Source: Seison nebaliae (Eukaryota). From it: 34,676 nucleotides of DNA. Below the pieces are notes generated by a model, which was not told the origin of the DNA, made no database searches, and saw only the letters and a program-made list of their open reading frames with translations. Positions 23,858 to 34,676 of this stretch are shown here, in pieces (positions within the stretch are counted from its first letter, which is position 1; each line of letters starts with the position of its first letter). The stretch spans positions 1 through 34,676 of the forward strand of contig JALJEE010002639.1 of the NCBI GenBank assembly GCA_023231475.1. Direction: 5' to 3'. The translations under genes and the position numbers were made by a program.

Positions 23858-24295
23858 CTATTTCCTTATTCTTCCTATCTGCCTTCTGATCATAAGAGGA
23901 ATGAAGAGCTGTTACAACTCCATTCTTCTTCTTTACCGTACAAAAAACGATGGAATTTTGACTTACTTCCGTCTTTTTTATGTCATTACTTATTATCAAT
24001 ACACTTTCGAAATTCTTTCGTTGATTCAAGGCAAAATTTTTAGACGATGTCAGTGACTGCAAAAGAATTATCAAAATAACAAAGAAGAAGTTAGAACCCG
24101 ATGGACTTTCTTTGACGGGAGAAGGATAAGAAAAAAAGAATTCGTCGAAATTAGAGGCTAATATCATTAGATCATAATTAGAATTTTAGATATATGTTTA
24201 CTCACCATCCAATGATTTACTATCTCTCTCAATAATAGTTGAAATATTTTCAAGAAATTCTTATTATCTATTTTGTCTTTCAACAACAGAATCAT
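23858..24295 (-). CDS. Candidate small 4-exon gene (96 aa) or spliced ncRNA: exons 24295-24206, 24157-24098, 24056-23967, 23908-23858
   Basis: Three GT-AG introns of 48, 41 and 58 nt (donors GTGAGT, GTTCTA, GTAAGT), all phase 0, give an ATG-to-TAG frame MILLLKDKIDNK...IGRIRK. No homology recognised and the last acceptor is weak. Confidence 0.3.
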
Positions 24296-25782
24296 TTGAG
24301 GAAGAAGAACTATGAATTTTGTTTTGAATAAAGGATAACTGGCGATATCTCCAATTTTGATTGATTATGTGTCAAAATAATGTCTGCACAATATTTTTCT
24401 TGTTAGACATATTTCTTCCATCCACATATTTCTATTCGTCAATATCTTATGTTTCTGATGATATTCTTCTTCGTTAACATTCGTTCTGTCGAGTATAATT
24501 GGCATTTAATGATTGAATGGACGAGAATAAACAGAAGTTTCATCAACTTCTTAATATCAACTCTACCAATTTGTACTGAAGAAGAGAAAGTAAATTATCA
24601 ATTGTATATTATATCGTTTCTATCTCTTCCTATTGGAACTTACTATATAGAAATCAAATATTGTGATAGTGAAACGAAAAAGTAATTATATATCATCTTT
24701 CTCCATAGTAATAAGTCAGGAGAAATAATCGCAAGAGATGTATAAGAGAAAGAGAGGGAAGAAGAGAGATGGATAAAAGCATTATCGATTTTATTTAATA
24801 AAGAATATTATCAGAGAATGTATGTGGACGTTGGAAACTAATAATTATTCCTGTATTCAGATTGAGCTAAAGTTTTCAAGAGAAACAATTGTCAATTAAG
24901 TGAATAAGATTGAGATGAGTGGAGAGGAAGATTCATAAATAAATTCTTAACTTCGCTCTATTGCTCCTTTCGTCTTTATGTGAGAAAATTGATAATTGTT
25001 GGGGGGAATATATGTAATCATTCTCTGACTATCATCGGAAATACGAACAAAGAAAAGAAGATATATTTATATATTTAGATGGAAAGATTTCATTTGGTTA
25101 ATGTAAAAAATAAAATGATAACTTTACATGTCAAATTAATTATTTGGATTTCTTATTTTTTCGTTATTTATGTTCTTAACGATTTTATTGAATATATATT
25201 CAAACACTGTACAAGAAATTAATTATATAATATGCTTTTTTATTTTCGTTGACGATACATGAGGTTGAAGAATACAATAAAAGATAAAGATGAATTAGAA
25301 ATAAAAAGATAATTTGTATAAATAACTTTTGTCAGATTTATTTAATTACATAAGAAGAAGAAAAAATTTGGAGTAAAAGAAGAAAAGAAAGAAAGAGGAA
25401 TTTCTTTCATTCTCGTTTAAGGCGGGAAGAGCAATAGAATAAGGAGAAACCATATGGGGAAGGAGTAGAAGGAATATCTCCAGCCAAACTTCGGATTGTA
25501 TTGACGGATATATAGAGAAGATAAAGGAACCAATTCATTTTTCTTCTATGATTCCATAACGATATTCTACATCTTATTTATTTCTTCTTAACAACTTTCA
25601 CCTAATCATTCGATGATTTCCAATCTCAGATGTCAGTGTAAGTTCGTTCAAATAAAATGAGAATTTCTTCTTTAATTATTTTCCTATTCGTCTTCTAATT
25701 CATCGGGACGACATTCATCTACTGCACATTTGTGCTCCTTCTCGATATTGTGAAGACGTATACTTATGTTGAGCATATGTGA

Positions 25783-25788
<6 letters not shown>

Positions 25789-25816
<28 letters not shown>
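25789..25816. repeat. (GT)14 microsatellite
   Basis: Perfect GT dinucleotide run. Confidence 0.95.
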
Positions 25817-25819
<3 letters not shown>

Positions 25820-26202
25820 GTGTGGGAGAAGACAATAATTATTATCATTCTGCTAAAAGTGAAGAAGAATATAACGGATGAAATATTGGAATATATAACG
25901 AACAAGTATACGTTTGTCCTGCTAAGTACATGGAAGGAACGGTCGCTATCTATAACTTGTTAATATTTCGAGATAAATACAGAAGAGAAATCGAAGGAAA
26001 ATAAAAGTTTTCCATTTGGACAATATTTGTCATTTGATTAAATAGATTTTTTACAGGGAATTTTTTTTAAGTTCTTTTCTCACACAAGTTTTGTTTCGGC
26101 GTCGATGTTCATTTGATTTTCTTCTAATTTTTCCATTTTTCATTGATGAAATAGATTGAGTGACTAATGACGTAGATTAAGGAGAGAAATTGGATTGAAG
26201 TT

Positions 26203-26949
26203 ATGAGTAAAGACGTGAAACAATTATACTTGTATGGTAATGGGAAACAAAGAATGGATTCTTATGCATTAACATCATCTAAAGATTATGATTGTGAAGA
26301 GAAAAGGAAATGGAATCGACAATTTCCTTTAAGACATTTGAAATTAGATAAAACCCCTAACAATAACAACAACAACAACGGTGACCACAACAGTAAAACA
26401 TTTAGTTGTAGTCCATCTTCCACATCATCTTCTTCTGTTACGACGACAACAAAATTGACAATGACTCCAGTGAATAATCGAAAGAAGTTTTTTCAAACAA
26501 AAAATTATTTGTGGAATTCAAATAAGAAATATTTATGTCATGACGATGTTCATGAAGATGGTGAAAAGAGAAATAGTTCATTCGATTTCCATAAAAGAAG
26601 AACATCGTTAGAACAAGATGCAAAATATACGTTGGCATATAATCCTTATCCATCTCAAGATTTGAATGAAAAATCGAGTGATGATTCTTCAGAGAGAGAG
26701 AAGAGATTCGATCGTGTTCTCAATAAAGTAGATACGATGAATAGGAAGGAGAAAGTTGCCATCGAATTGAGTGAAGACGTTTTAAATTATTTGAATCGAA
26801 TAGATGAATGGAATGACAGTAATTATTCGAATGTTTATACAACAGATGAAGATGATCGGATTGGTGGCGAAATAGAAGATGAGGAAAATGATGAATTGGA
26901 TGATGATGAAAGTGATACTAGTAGTGTTACTAGTTTTGATGATGATGAT

Positions 26950-26980
<31 letters not shown>

Positions 26981-29900
26981 AAGATATTGATAATGGGAAA
27001 GAATTAAATAGAAATTATGATGATGATAATAATGATTATGATAATTATGAGAATGACATGAATTATAATAATGAGACGACTAATCAAAATATGGCGACAC
27101 TTGATCAGACTGTCATTAAACGATTATTGACGGACAATCGTCAAGATGGACGAAGTTGTCGTGGGAGAAATATTTGTTCATTGGATTCCACATATGAGAT
27201 TGGCAGGAAGAATAGTAATAATTCTTCAGAGAATTATCATCAACAACAACATCCATATTATTTGACGGAGTTGAATGAAATGGTTCGTTGTCTCTATCAG
27301 AGGAAAAATGGTTTATCAAATATTTCATCGAGAAATCAAATGGAAAATAAGAATGAGGGAACGTTCTTAAGAAATGATGAAATTGACAATATTGATGATG
27401 ATGATAAGGATCAGAGGAGACACATTTTAAAAAGTCATAAGCAAATCCATCATTTTATGAATGGCAGTCGAGAGACAAGAGATAGTCAAATTGATGCGTC
27501 GTCAATGATGGACAATAAGGAGAAGAAAGTTAATATGAGTGACAATAACGTCATCGGTGATGAAGAAATGAATGAATGTCAAACGCAAATCAAACAAAAT
27601 CCTTTGGTTGCTGATGATGATGATTATGACGATGATGATCATCAACGACAATATCCGAAACGATATTCCTCATCTGATTATGATGCTTATCAACTCTCAA
27701 TTAGCTCCATTAACGATTGGTCGATGGATAACAATTTGGAAGAATCTTTCATTTCTTCAACTGACAACCACAACAACAATAACAATAACAAAAACGAGAG
27801 TGGTAGAATGACTAGTCATTTGAAGAATAAGATATCAGACCGTTCGTTCAAGACGAAAAGTCAAACAGAAAATGAAGAGAAATTAATTCATGAAATTATT
27901 CAATTAAAGAAGAAATATCAGGTGAAGGATATGAAATCATTGAGACATCTGATTGCAGCTTTTATGTCATCGTCGTTTAATGAGAATATGACGAATAATG
28001 ATAATCAATTTCATCTCAACACAATCTCTCACGATAAGAATATCATTGAATTAATGTGCAAAGACAATAAGGAGAATGAAGGCGATTCCGTTCGAATGAC
28101 GTCTTGGAGTGAAATTAAAGGTAAAGTTTTATCAATTTCAACATCGTCTTCCATCACATCCACATCCACTTCATCAGAAAACATAAATATAATTCCTCAT
28201 TCAATAACAACAACAACGACAACAACAACAGCTACGAATAATAAAAATGTGATAATGGAACGATCGAATGGAACCGAGAGAAGTCATGATTCTTTATTTC
28301 GACGATTTCAACAACAGAAACAATTGAAATCAACTTCGAAGAAGTTTAGTATAAATGATATCAAACAACATCAAATGAAACAATTGGAGAAGGAGAGAGA
28401 TATTCTATTGAATATGGGACAAATTATTGATATTTCTGCATTTCATTCCGTCTCCCTCTCAAGGAATCGAGCTGACGTTCGCAAGTGTTTGGGCGAAAGT
28501 GGCGAAGAGAACGAAACGATAAAGAAATATCGGAAATTAAATCGATATATTAGTCGATTAATGGATCGATCAGCAACCACATCAAAATCGACTGATAAAC
28601 AAGAGAATGATAACCAGAATAAAATCAGAATGTTACAGATGAATATGAAACGATGTTTTACCCAACCGTGTAATATTGGCGAAAAGAAACAATCTGCAAA
28701 AGAAGATTTTTTCATTTGTCTCCCGAAAAAATATTTTCAGAAAAGAATGGCAGAAATGAGAAGAGATCGTCAAAGGAAAGGAGAAGATGAGAGAAAGAAG
28801 AGACATTGTAATTCTCGATTATGCATGTTACGTCGTTGTCATAGTAATGATTGTTATTATGATAAGAAACGATATAATTATCGAAGGATAACCAATGATC
28901 ACTCGATCAATTCGAATCATTGTTCGATGATATTAAAATTGAATTTATTTACTCATCATCTCTCTTGGGAGAGATTCGATTCACTTCAACGATATCATAC
29001 ATCAATCTCTTCAATAGCAGAAGCTCAATATTATTGCATAACGAAATTGATGAATAAGAAGTTGAAGATCTCATTGAAGAAACAATCGGAATTTCATGGA
29101 TACTCCATCGACAATCAACAAATGAAAATGAATAAATTTGATCGATATCATCATCGTCTTCCATCATCCAGATCGACATTAAGCGACAAAATTCTTTCAA
29201 TGAAAAAACGAAATAATCCTCCAGGTACTAGAGACATATCAGACTTGATGAGAAGATATACAAATAACTTATCGATATCATCAGATGGTGATGTGATACA
29301 ACCACCTAAAGCTCCATGGTCATTCGCCAATATGCACAGTCGTACAACTAATGAATTAACGACTAATCAAATCACTTTGACTAAAGTCACATCATCATCT
29401 TCCTCCAAATCTATTGCAACAACAACAACAACAAGTAAGAATAATAATGATAATCGTTCATCTGATATCAATAACGGTGATAGTGGTGTATGTTTAGTTT
29501 CATCCGATACATCATCCAATGTCAATGACACTTCCTCTCAACTGATCGATAAAACTTATGCTAATGCAAAATGTAAATTTTTTTTTTAAATTTCTTTTTT
29601 TCATATTCTAATTTATTTTCTTGATTTATTAGGTGTCATTGCAAAGATAACGGAAGCAGTTGATAATATTCTCTTACTACAATCAAGTAAGAAGAATGGA
29701 AATGTTAAATTTATTAATATTCCGAAAAAAATATTCATATTTATATTAATTTTATAGATTCATAATTTCGATAATGTAAAAGATTTTATTAGAAAGATGT
29801 TGAATGATCGATTTACTCCAAACTTTGCAATGTTGTTCGAATGTGAAATGAAAATTAATGAAAAAACTTTGAAACAATTTCAAGGTGAACATTTTCTAAT

Positions 29901-31218
29901 ATGATTCCTGTTATCAATATTATTCTGTTTAGTTTGGAATTTAATTGATGAATTGGTTAGTTTATCGAAAACGGTCGATAATAAATCGCCACATCATCAA
30001 ACATTGTTGTATATGAGAGTGGGTCGTCGATGGGCGACGGCGGCAGTTTCTAATTATACTGCAAGATTTCAAATGTTTATTCTTTATCTTATCAAGTTAA
30101 ATTTATTTCGCATTTATTTTTTTTTTATCATTTTTATATAATGTTGTAGTGCCGGTTATTTAATTATATGGTTGCAATTTGTGGTAGAACAACCGAAAAT
30201 TTTAGAAATGTTTTATGAGAAGAATTCTTTGTTGATGGAAGTGGCAGATTTGAAAGTGAAGAATATGAAAGATAAATATCCAATAAAATTGTTTGATGAA
30301 TTGTTGGGGAAATTAAGTTCATTGAATTGTTTAAAACAATCGTTCGATGACCTTCCACTACCCATCCAAAAGAATCGTATTACTCATACGACTATCCAAC
30401 CATCCTCCTCAACTACCACTACAACAGGCAAATCGAATTTACGCGAACAATCGAATCGTTTCAATCGACCCAAGACAATCACGAATACGGCACCTCTTCC
30501 AACTAAAACATCAAATGTAAAAGTAGAAACATCCGTCACCAGCACTACCACCTCATCAAATGGAACGAAACGATTTGGATATACGAGTAACACATTAACA
30601 TTCTCACGAAAGCAATCCCAACAAACAAGTTCCACACAAAACAGTTTGAAGTCTTCTCTCGCTAGTACCGCTACGACAATCAGTCGTCATAGTAACCGGA
30701 CGAATGAGAATGACTCGAAAAAATCAAGTGAAAGAACGAAATTGACAGGAAAGAAGAATGAGAAGAAACCAACGAACCGACCGTCCAGAATTAAGACGCC
30801 TAAAGCAAATATTTCCTCTAATTCTTCATTTCAATGTAAATCGCCGAAGAAAGTTCTTTTACCATTTACGACTATTGCCCAATCGCCGACTAAAGTCACG
30901 ACACCTACAAATATTTTGAAATCATCTAATAAGAAAGATCAGAATAGTGGAACAATCAAACCATCCACAATACCAACAACAGTAACTACTTCAATAATTT
31001 CAACGAATCATCTCAATCATGGAAATAATAATACTGTTACCCACTGGACAACAAATTTAGGGAAAGCATTGAAAGCGACTTTGTTTGGTGGTCATTCTTC
31101 TTCTGATTGTCGACAACAACCAATTCCTTCAAATGATGTTAGCCATAGAATCACGTCAGGTTTAACACAAGTCACATCGAAAAAACGAAGTGGTTTGTCG
31201 ATGGAAAGATATTCTTAA
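26203..31218 (+). CDS. RUN-domain protein, RUSC/iporin/UNC-14-like, 5 exons: 26203-29572, 29633-29703, 29758-29884, 29933-30095, 30150-31218
   Basis: Spliced small exons give KCVIAKITEAVDNI...RFTPNFAMLF...VWNLIDELV...TARFQMFILYLINAGYLIIWLQFV...LEMFYEKNSLL...ELLGKLSSLN. This matches RUN-domain blocks, especially the RUSC-type RF-x-x-FIL-x-L-x-N-x-x-x-L-x-x-W block as recalled. Flanked by about 1120 aa of N-terminal and about 280 aa of C-terminal low-complexity sequence. Intron 2 boundaries have an alternative solution (29687-29782). Confidence 0.82.
26938..26985 (+). repeat. Coding trinucleotide repeat (GAT)5(GAG)8 encoding a poly-D/E tract
   Basis: Read directly from the sequence inside RUN gene exon 1. 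Confidence 0.9.
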
Positions 31219-31878
31219 CAGATTTAACAGATCTTAATAGATATTCTTCAGTTGACAATTGAGGGGATATAACTCCATTTTCAATTCTGTTCATACATCT
31301 CATTCTCCTCTGCATTTTTTATATTTTCATCCTTAATTTCTTCTTTCATCGAATTAAGTGAAAAGTTGAAGGGAAGTTTCAGTAAAATCCATTTTAATTC
31401 ATGATCGGAGAGAGATCATTTATCAAATTGAATGGCATATTCTATTTTTTCTTTCTTTTTACAAATCTAATCAATTCAATGACATTTCTCATTTTCTTCT
31501 CCTTATATTTATTTGCAAAAGAGCACTCACTTATACACAACATGCCCACTTTCACATATATATCACTATATGAGTATTTTGATCATTCTTTTCATTTGGA
31601 GTGGATGGAACGACAACCTAATCATACCAACATATATCTAGATAATTAATTTTTTTTGTCGTTTATTCATTCCACCATTTATTTTTTGATCAATTCAATT
31701 CTCATTCTATTTATTTCAACTACATTAACTATATCATCTAACTGTTTACAGCCTCCATAAAATGAAAATAATCCATATAATCAACTCACAATTCCTTCTA
31801 AAGTTTATTTTCTCACAGTCAAATAATATGATATTAAAAAATTGAAATGTAATAATTTGTTGAGATGATAATTCTGAG

Positions 31879-33524
31879 TTAATTGAAAGTATGTAATCCA
31901 CTACTCTCCTTATCTGAAAATAAGGAAATAGAATGGAAAATTATTTCGGATTTTTCGGAAAAACAAATCGGCTAACCTAGAAATCCGAATTCAGGTGTTA
32001 ATGTCATTATGTGTGACAAAACTTCATTCATAAATTCTGAAGTCGATGCAGTTCCCCCTATGTCTTGTGTTCGGATCTAGAAATGTTCTAAGTTATCAAA
32101 ATATAAATGAATAAAATGAACATTCTTCTCTCTGATTGTATGAAGAATTCCATGACGTATAGTTGATGAATGTTTTCGACAACTTATATGAACAGATATT
32201 TTGAAAAATTTAAAAACAATATGAAAGTTCGAAACCCTAAATATTCGAGTAGGTCTGCTGCAGAAAATAACATTGATGATGGATTGGCAATATTTTTCCC
32301 CTTTAAACTCACTCCAGTATTTCTTGTTCCCTGACAATTTAAATAAAATATACTCGATCGGAGATAAACTGGAAATAAACCGTTTCAAAAACTGCACAAT
32401 GATCACCAATATTTCGTCCTGCTACAATTCCACTGCCACCCACCATTCCAGTGGCGATATTCGCCACAATATTTCCATAAAGATTCGGCATAAGCATCAC
32501 ATCAAATTGTTCCGGTTTCGATACGAGTTGCATACAAGTATTATCAACAATCATCGTATTGAATTCGATATCGGGATATCGTTTGGCGACTTCGGCGCAA
32601 CATTCAATAAATAATCCGTCACCTTTCTTCCTATTTAAAATGATATCGTAAAATTCTACCTTCTCAACTTAAAAAAAGTTGAACATGATATTTGCTTTAT
32701 GTACAGCCGTAACTTTCCTTCTTTGCTGTACGGAGGCTAATTGGAAAGCATATTCAGCTATTCGTAATGAATTCTTTGTCGTGATAACTTTAAGACTTTC
32801 TACAATTCCCTTCACAGGTTCATGTTCCATTCCGCTATATTCACCTAAAAATTGTACATAAGTAAAATAAAGATTGATCATTTTTAACCTTCTGTATTCT
32901 CTCTAATAAGAAATATATCGATGTTGTCATGTTTAGTATTAACCGCTTTAATGGATTTACATCTTAACACGTTAGCATATAATTCCAATTCAGTTCTAGG
33001 TAAATGAGGAAGAGTCATTAGGAACAAAAAGGAAAAACCTCAATCGAACATTTGCACTCATATCATAACCAAGCTTGTCATGATCAGAAGTAATATTACC
33101 TTTCAACGCAAGACCATTCCGTTGTACCGATTTTATGGCATACATCATATTCTCATTATTACAAGTGGTCGAATCCAATTCAACATCTTCAAATATCACA
33201 GGAGCACGTACGAGACTTTGAGAGAGAGATGAGCAATTTACTTGGAATTAAATAATAAACCGAAAAGCTTCTTTTGCCCAACCAATCATTTCCGGTCCAA
33301 TACCATCACCCGGAATGATAGTAATCGTATACTTCCCACCATACTTCGTATGAGGAATTTTTTTCATAGCTTGAATCTTCCTCTCATTTGGCTGTTGTAC
33401 AAAAAAAGAGGACGAATGGCGAACTGTATTTATCTATCGAACAACAGAATATAATTTAAATTGTGTTGAATGAAAGACGAATAACTTTACGGAATAATCC
33501 AATCGATCCTGATATCAGTTTCAT
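31879..33524 (-). CDS. IDH3G: NAD-dependent isocitrate dehydrogenase subunit gamma, mitochondrial; exons 33524-33486, 33433-33261, 33215-33039, 32995-32889, 32844-32685, 32630-32381, 32330-32236, 32182-32122, 32076-31977, 31913-31879
   Basis: Spliced product has [51 protein letters not shown]...[70 protein letters not shown] and TQDIGG. KYGG and T(R)NTG point to gamma rather than alpha or beta. The basic N-terminus looks like a presequence. The last exon is optional: the unspliced stop is at 31972-31974. Confidence 0.95.
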
Positions 33525-34073
33525 TTTGGTTCTTCGGTTATATTATAGGCCAGAAATTTTAAATCGTTTATAGGCTTAGTTCTGTTCTATATGTTTAACT
33601 GCTCATCATAATTTCCTCCAATTTGTTAATGAATTTTAGCATATATTTTGACATCAAACATTGTATCTAATTCTAAAGGTTGCAGACACTTTTACAAACG
33701 TATAATAATGAAGTTCGGATCATTAATATTCCTCTAATATTAATCATTTTGGGCTTAATCTATTACCTTCAGAATTTCAAGGTAGCAAGTCTTTTAAGTA
33801 GGAATATGATCCATCATAGAAAGAATATGTAGAAAGTAAGAATATATTGGACAGTATGAATGTTTATCAAAATATGAAAATATTAATTATAGCGAAAGGT
33901 TAGGCGGTTTCGGAAGCAGTTACCAAAGTGGTAAAAAATAGTTCAAAGGAAAATTACAGGAAATGAACGTTATCAAGAGGACATTGCATAATTACATCCC
34001 AATTAAGAAGATTCCAATAGCGAAAGATAAGTTTTTTAAAAGCCCATCGAATATAATAATGTTAAATGGGGGA

Positions 34074-34294
34074 AAATGGGAAGATATTAACCTTACACAT
34101 TCTAAAGCGGAAGTTCTAAAAGGAAAGATGTTAATCCAGTTTCTTCTAAAAGGGAACGGTATTAACTTATTTAGTAGAAAAAGGAACGATGTTAGCCTCC
34201 TTTTGTCTTATATGGAAAGATATTAACTCTCTATAGCTTAAAACGGAAAGATATCAACTCTTTAAATCGAAAATGGAAAGATATTAACCGTTTT
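34074..34294. repeat. Degenerate minisatellite, 30-31 bp period, core GGAA(A/C)GAT(A/G)TTAAC
   Basis: Core copies begin at about 34078, 34122, 34153, 34183, 34214, 34245 and 34275. Confidence 0.8.
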
Positions 34295-34396
34295 AAGTCA
34301 AGTTTAAATTAAATATTTACTTACATTAAACGTCTGTTGCATAGTTAATTTTAGAAATGTTGTATTTTATTTATTTATTATAAAATAAAATGTTAA

Positions 34397-34635
34397 CCTA
34401 TATTCAAAAAATCAAACAGTTTGGATCAATATTCATGATTTTATCAACGAAAATGTAACGAGCATTTTTTAGTTTTTTCTCAATTTTTCTTGAAAAAATG
34501 GTAAAATTTCTACATTTTTCCCAAAATGCCGTCATATTTCAACAAAAATCGAGAAAAAACTAAAAAATGCTCGTTACATTTTCGTTGATAAAATCATGAA
34601 TATTGATCCAAACTGTTTGATTTTTTGAATATAGG
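34397..34635. mobile_element. piggyBac-type MITE (239 bp), 85-bp perfect TIRs, TTAA target-site duplication
   Basis: 34397-34481 is the exact reverse complement of 34551-34635, with imperfect extension inward. Ends are CCT...AGG, flanked by TTAA at 34393-34396 and 34636-34639. No coding capacity. Confidence 0.88.
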
Positions 34636-34676
34636 TTAACAATTAATAATGAATTTTTTCTACATAATTACTTCAA

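Noticed and set aside
25684..25963. ORFs with HTHTHT or CVCVCV repeats
   Set aside because: Translations of the (GT)n microsatellite.
29573..30149. All four RUN-gene introns are multiples of 3 (60, 54, 48, 54)
   Set aside because: Each contains an in-frame stop and introns in the other genes show mixed lengths; a small post hoc sample.
9772..31218. Functional cluster of small-GTPase genes (Rab27, RhoGEF, RUN protein)
   Set aside because: Different pathways and mixed orientations; these gene classes are common enough in animals to co-occur by chance.
33963..34226. 87-aa ORF
   Set aside because: Runs through the minisatellite and has no recognisable motif; probably a chance frame.
34074..34294. 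CRISPR-like look of conserved cores with variable spacers
   Set aside because: Eukaryotic context, degenerate 14-nt cores, 16-17 nt linkers that resemble each other, and no cas genes.
1..34676. Non-standard genetic code or a prokaryotic defence system
   Set aside because: All conserved genes translate cleanly with the standard code once introns are removed, and there are no operon-like bacterial genes.

Overview
AT-rich eukaryotic, almost certainly animal, genomic DNA with very short (43-63 nt) GT-AG introns; it is not prokaryotic. Genes reconstructed by hand: two orphan low-complexity ORFs (2842-4554 and 4693-6057, +), a 4-exon Rab27 (9772-10748, +), a 179-aa orphan (11558-12097, -) head-to-head with a 4-exon membrane-anchored SRPBCC/START-like gene (12261-13105, +), an intron-free ECT2-like BRCT-DH-PH RhoGEF (13495-18735, -), a 5-exon RUSC/UNC-14-like RUN-domain gene (26203-31218, +), and a 9-10-exon NAD-isocitrate dehydrogenase gamma subunit (31879-33524, -). 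Mobile DNA includes a piggyBac-type MITE with TTAA TSD (34397-34635), a probable Mutator/Foldback-type terminus at the left edge and a 30-31 bp minisatellite. The most notable signals are that 17 of 19 reconstructed introns start GTT rather than GTRAG, that a 242-codon Met-free open frame runs in-frame into Rab27, and that a stop-free in-frame intron lies in the Rab27 P-loop. Family assignments rest on motifs recalled from memory; no searches were run.
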